DNA from: Fibrobacteria bacterium
GTDB taxonomy: Bacteria > Fibrobacterota > Fibrobacteria > UBA11236
Direction: 5' to 3'
Assembly (NCBI GenBank): GCA_041746255.1
Contig: JBGTHM010000116.1
Span: 1-28,713 of the forward strand
DNA length: 28,713 bases
The position numbers and the translations under genes were made by a program. The notes beneath the pieces are model-generated. The model did no database searches. It was not told where the DNA came from and saw only the letters and a program-made list of their open reading frames with translations. Shown here one piece after another: positions 27,150-28,713 of the stretch (positions within the stretch are counted from its first letter, which is position 1; every line of letters begins with the position of its first letter).

Positions 27150-28532
27150 CTAAAGCCCCTCTGCAATCCAGACCTCCAGAATCTTATCCAGATTCCACAA
27201 CAGATACAGCGGCACATTGAGCAATTGGTACTGGACCGGATCGCCTTGGGTGGTCGTCACTTTGACTTCCATCGCACCCGGTGGATTGGCATCGCAACGC
27301 ACGGCCCACTTCAAGTTCTTGTCGTACATGAATTGGTGCAGGCCTTTCATGGCTCCCGTAGCACCTGATTTGAGTTCCACCGGAATGATTCGATCTTTCC
27401 ATGCCACCAAATAGTCGATTTCCCCGGGACGTCCTCCCTCGCGCTGCCAGTAGTGCAAATCCCCATCGCCGGTACCGTCGGTTTTCCGGAGCCGTAAATG
27501 CTGGGCAGCGGTTTGTTCAGCGATACGGCCACGCAGATCCGGAGAGAGGTCCCCCTCCGAAGGGAACGCCCCACTCGCAGGCGTAGCCAGCAAAGCATGC
27601 AACAGGCCTACATCCAGGAGCACTGCTTTACGGAATGAATCCTTGCTTTCCGCTTCCAGCGGCAAACCGTTGGCCGGGCTGTATTTGACCAGGTGGCAGA
27701 GTCGGGACGCAGCCAATAATTCCAGCGCCCGTTTGGCCTGATGTTGCTTTACGCCTTCACCTGCGCGGGCATAAACGAACTTGTGTCCAATGGATCCCGC
27801 TACGCTCTTTAGTACCGAGTCCAAAATTCCGGTTTGCATGCGACCACTATATTTGGCGAAATCGGCACGAAACGCCGTCATCAAATCTTTTTGAAGTTCT
27901 CTGCAATGCGCAGGTGAGGCGCCCGCAACATCCGCAGCCACGACTTCGGGCATTCCGCCGATCATGCAGAATCGGTGAAACCAAACCCGGGCACCGTCAT
28001 GGGCCGCCACAGGGAGAGCCTTTCCCGGACGCCAATCGGAGAGGGCGTTTAGTATCCCTCCTTGGCCATGGGCCATAAGGAATTCTTCAAATCCCATGGG
28101 ATCCAGATTGCGAAACGCCACCCGGCCTACAGGCATGCTAAAGTCGTGATCGGCCAAAGTAAATTCCAGGAGGGATCCCACCGCAACAACGGGTAATTCG
28201 GGCATTTCTTCCGAAAACCATCTCAGCTTGGCCAAAACATCACCGGCTTCCTGAATTTCATCGAGAAAAAGCAGACTTTTCGAAGGGCTGACTTCCTTAT
28301 TGAATAGTAGAGACAACTCGCCCAGAATTTGGGCTGGGTCATTTCCGGCAAAGTAGCGTTTATATTCCGGATTTCTTTCGAAATTGACTTCGATCAGATC
28401 GAGCTTTGCGTTGGCGGCCAGCTTCCGGACCAGCCAGGTCTTTCCCACTTGGCGGGCACCTCTTAAAATGAGCGGTTTCCGCTGCTTCTGGGTCAACCAG
28501 GTGTGAAAATGGGGTCGAAAAAGGCGTTCCAT
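27150..28532 (-). CDS. AAA_14 ATPase with DUF4143 / PD-(D/E)xK-like C-terminus
   Basis: GARQVGKT, LFLDEIQ, GSLL, GGMPE, LDVGLL, EIDY...IPVELKSG. Confidence 0.88.
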   Translation of the reverse strand: MERLFRPHFHTWLTQKQRKPLILRGARQVGKTWLVRKLAANAKLDLIEVNFERNPEYKRYFAGNDPAQILGELSLLFNKEVSPSKSLLFLDEIQEAGDVLAKLRWFSEEMPELPVVAVGSLLEFTLADHDFSMPVGRVAFRNLDPMGFEEFLMAHGQGGILNALSDWRPGKALPVAAHDGARVWFHRFCMIGGMPEVVAADVAGASPAHCRELQKDLMTAFRADFAKYSGRMQTGILDSVLKSVAGSIGHKFVYARAGEGVKQHQAKRALELLAASRLCHLVKYSPANGLPLEAESKDSFRKAVLLDVGLLHALLATPASGAFPSEGDLSPDLRGRIAEQTAAQHLRLRKTDGTGDGDLHYWQREGGRPGEIDYLVAWKDRIIPVELKSGATGAMKGLHQFMYDKNLKWAVRCDANPPGAMEVKVTTTQGDPVQYQLLNVPLYLLWNLDKILEVWIAEGL

Positions 28533-28574
28533 CAGCTAATACTTAGAAACAACGCGTTGTTATTTAAATCTAGT

Positions 28575-28713
28575 TGCAAAATCCGGTTCATGGTGACCGG
28601 CTAATCCGATTCAAAGTGACCGGCCGATCCGGTTCAAGATGACCGGTTCGGACGATTGACCCGAGGGTGAAAATCCGGTTCAAAGTGACCGGTTTTCGTC
28701 CTTCTCAATCCAG
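28575..28713. mobile_element. Probable IS21-family terminal region; transposase outside the window
   Basis: Begins TG; four copies of a 20-bp ATCCGGTTCAAAGTGACCGG-like motif at 28581, 28604, 28627 and 28673 (23-bp period), the multi-repeat end structure typical of IS21. Confidence 0.65.

Noticed and set aside
6196..28532. Integron cassette array or prophage
   Set aside because: No integrase, no shared attC-like repeat and no phage genes; each palindrome is different.
28581..28692. CRISPR array at the window end
   Set aside because: Gaps are only 3 bp (one of 26 bp); this fits IS21-type terminal repeats better.

Overview
Bacterial chromosomal window; the sigma factor and gene style suggest Fibrobacterota or FCB group, which is an inference. 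The left ~3.8 kb is housekeeping: a partial lipoprotein, a TPR protein, a sigma-70 factor, DUF971 and Mrp/ApbC. The rest is a surface-polysaccharide region: UDP-sugar dehydrogenase, epimerase, wecB, Wzi-like, WbuB-like GT4, heparinase II/III-like, fcl and a bi-domain oxidoreductase. Almost every glycan gene or gene pair is separated from the next by a small toxin-antitoxin or defence-like cassette: two AbiEi, an AbiEii, two copies of a poorly characterised wHTH + nucleotidyltransferase pair, Phd-VapC, two RelE-like/XRE pairs and three AAA_14/DUF4143 ATPase-nucleases. Most cassettes carry their own palindromic operator. In several, internal deletions removed the toxin or its catalytic motif while the antitoxin stayed intact. 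A duplicated operator brackets a 9 x 17-bp tandem repeat, and the window ends in an IS21-like terminal repeat array. All calls come from motif recognition by eye; no database searches were run.
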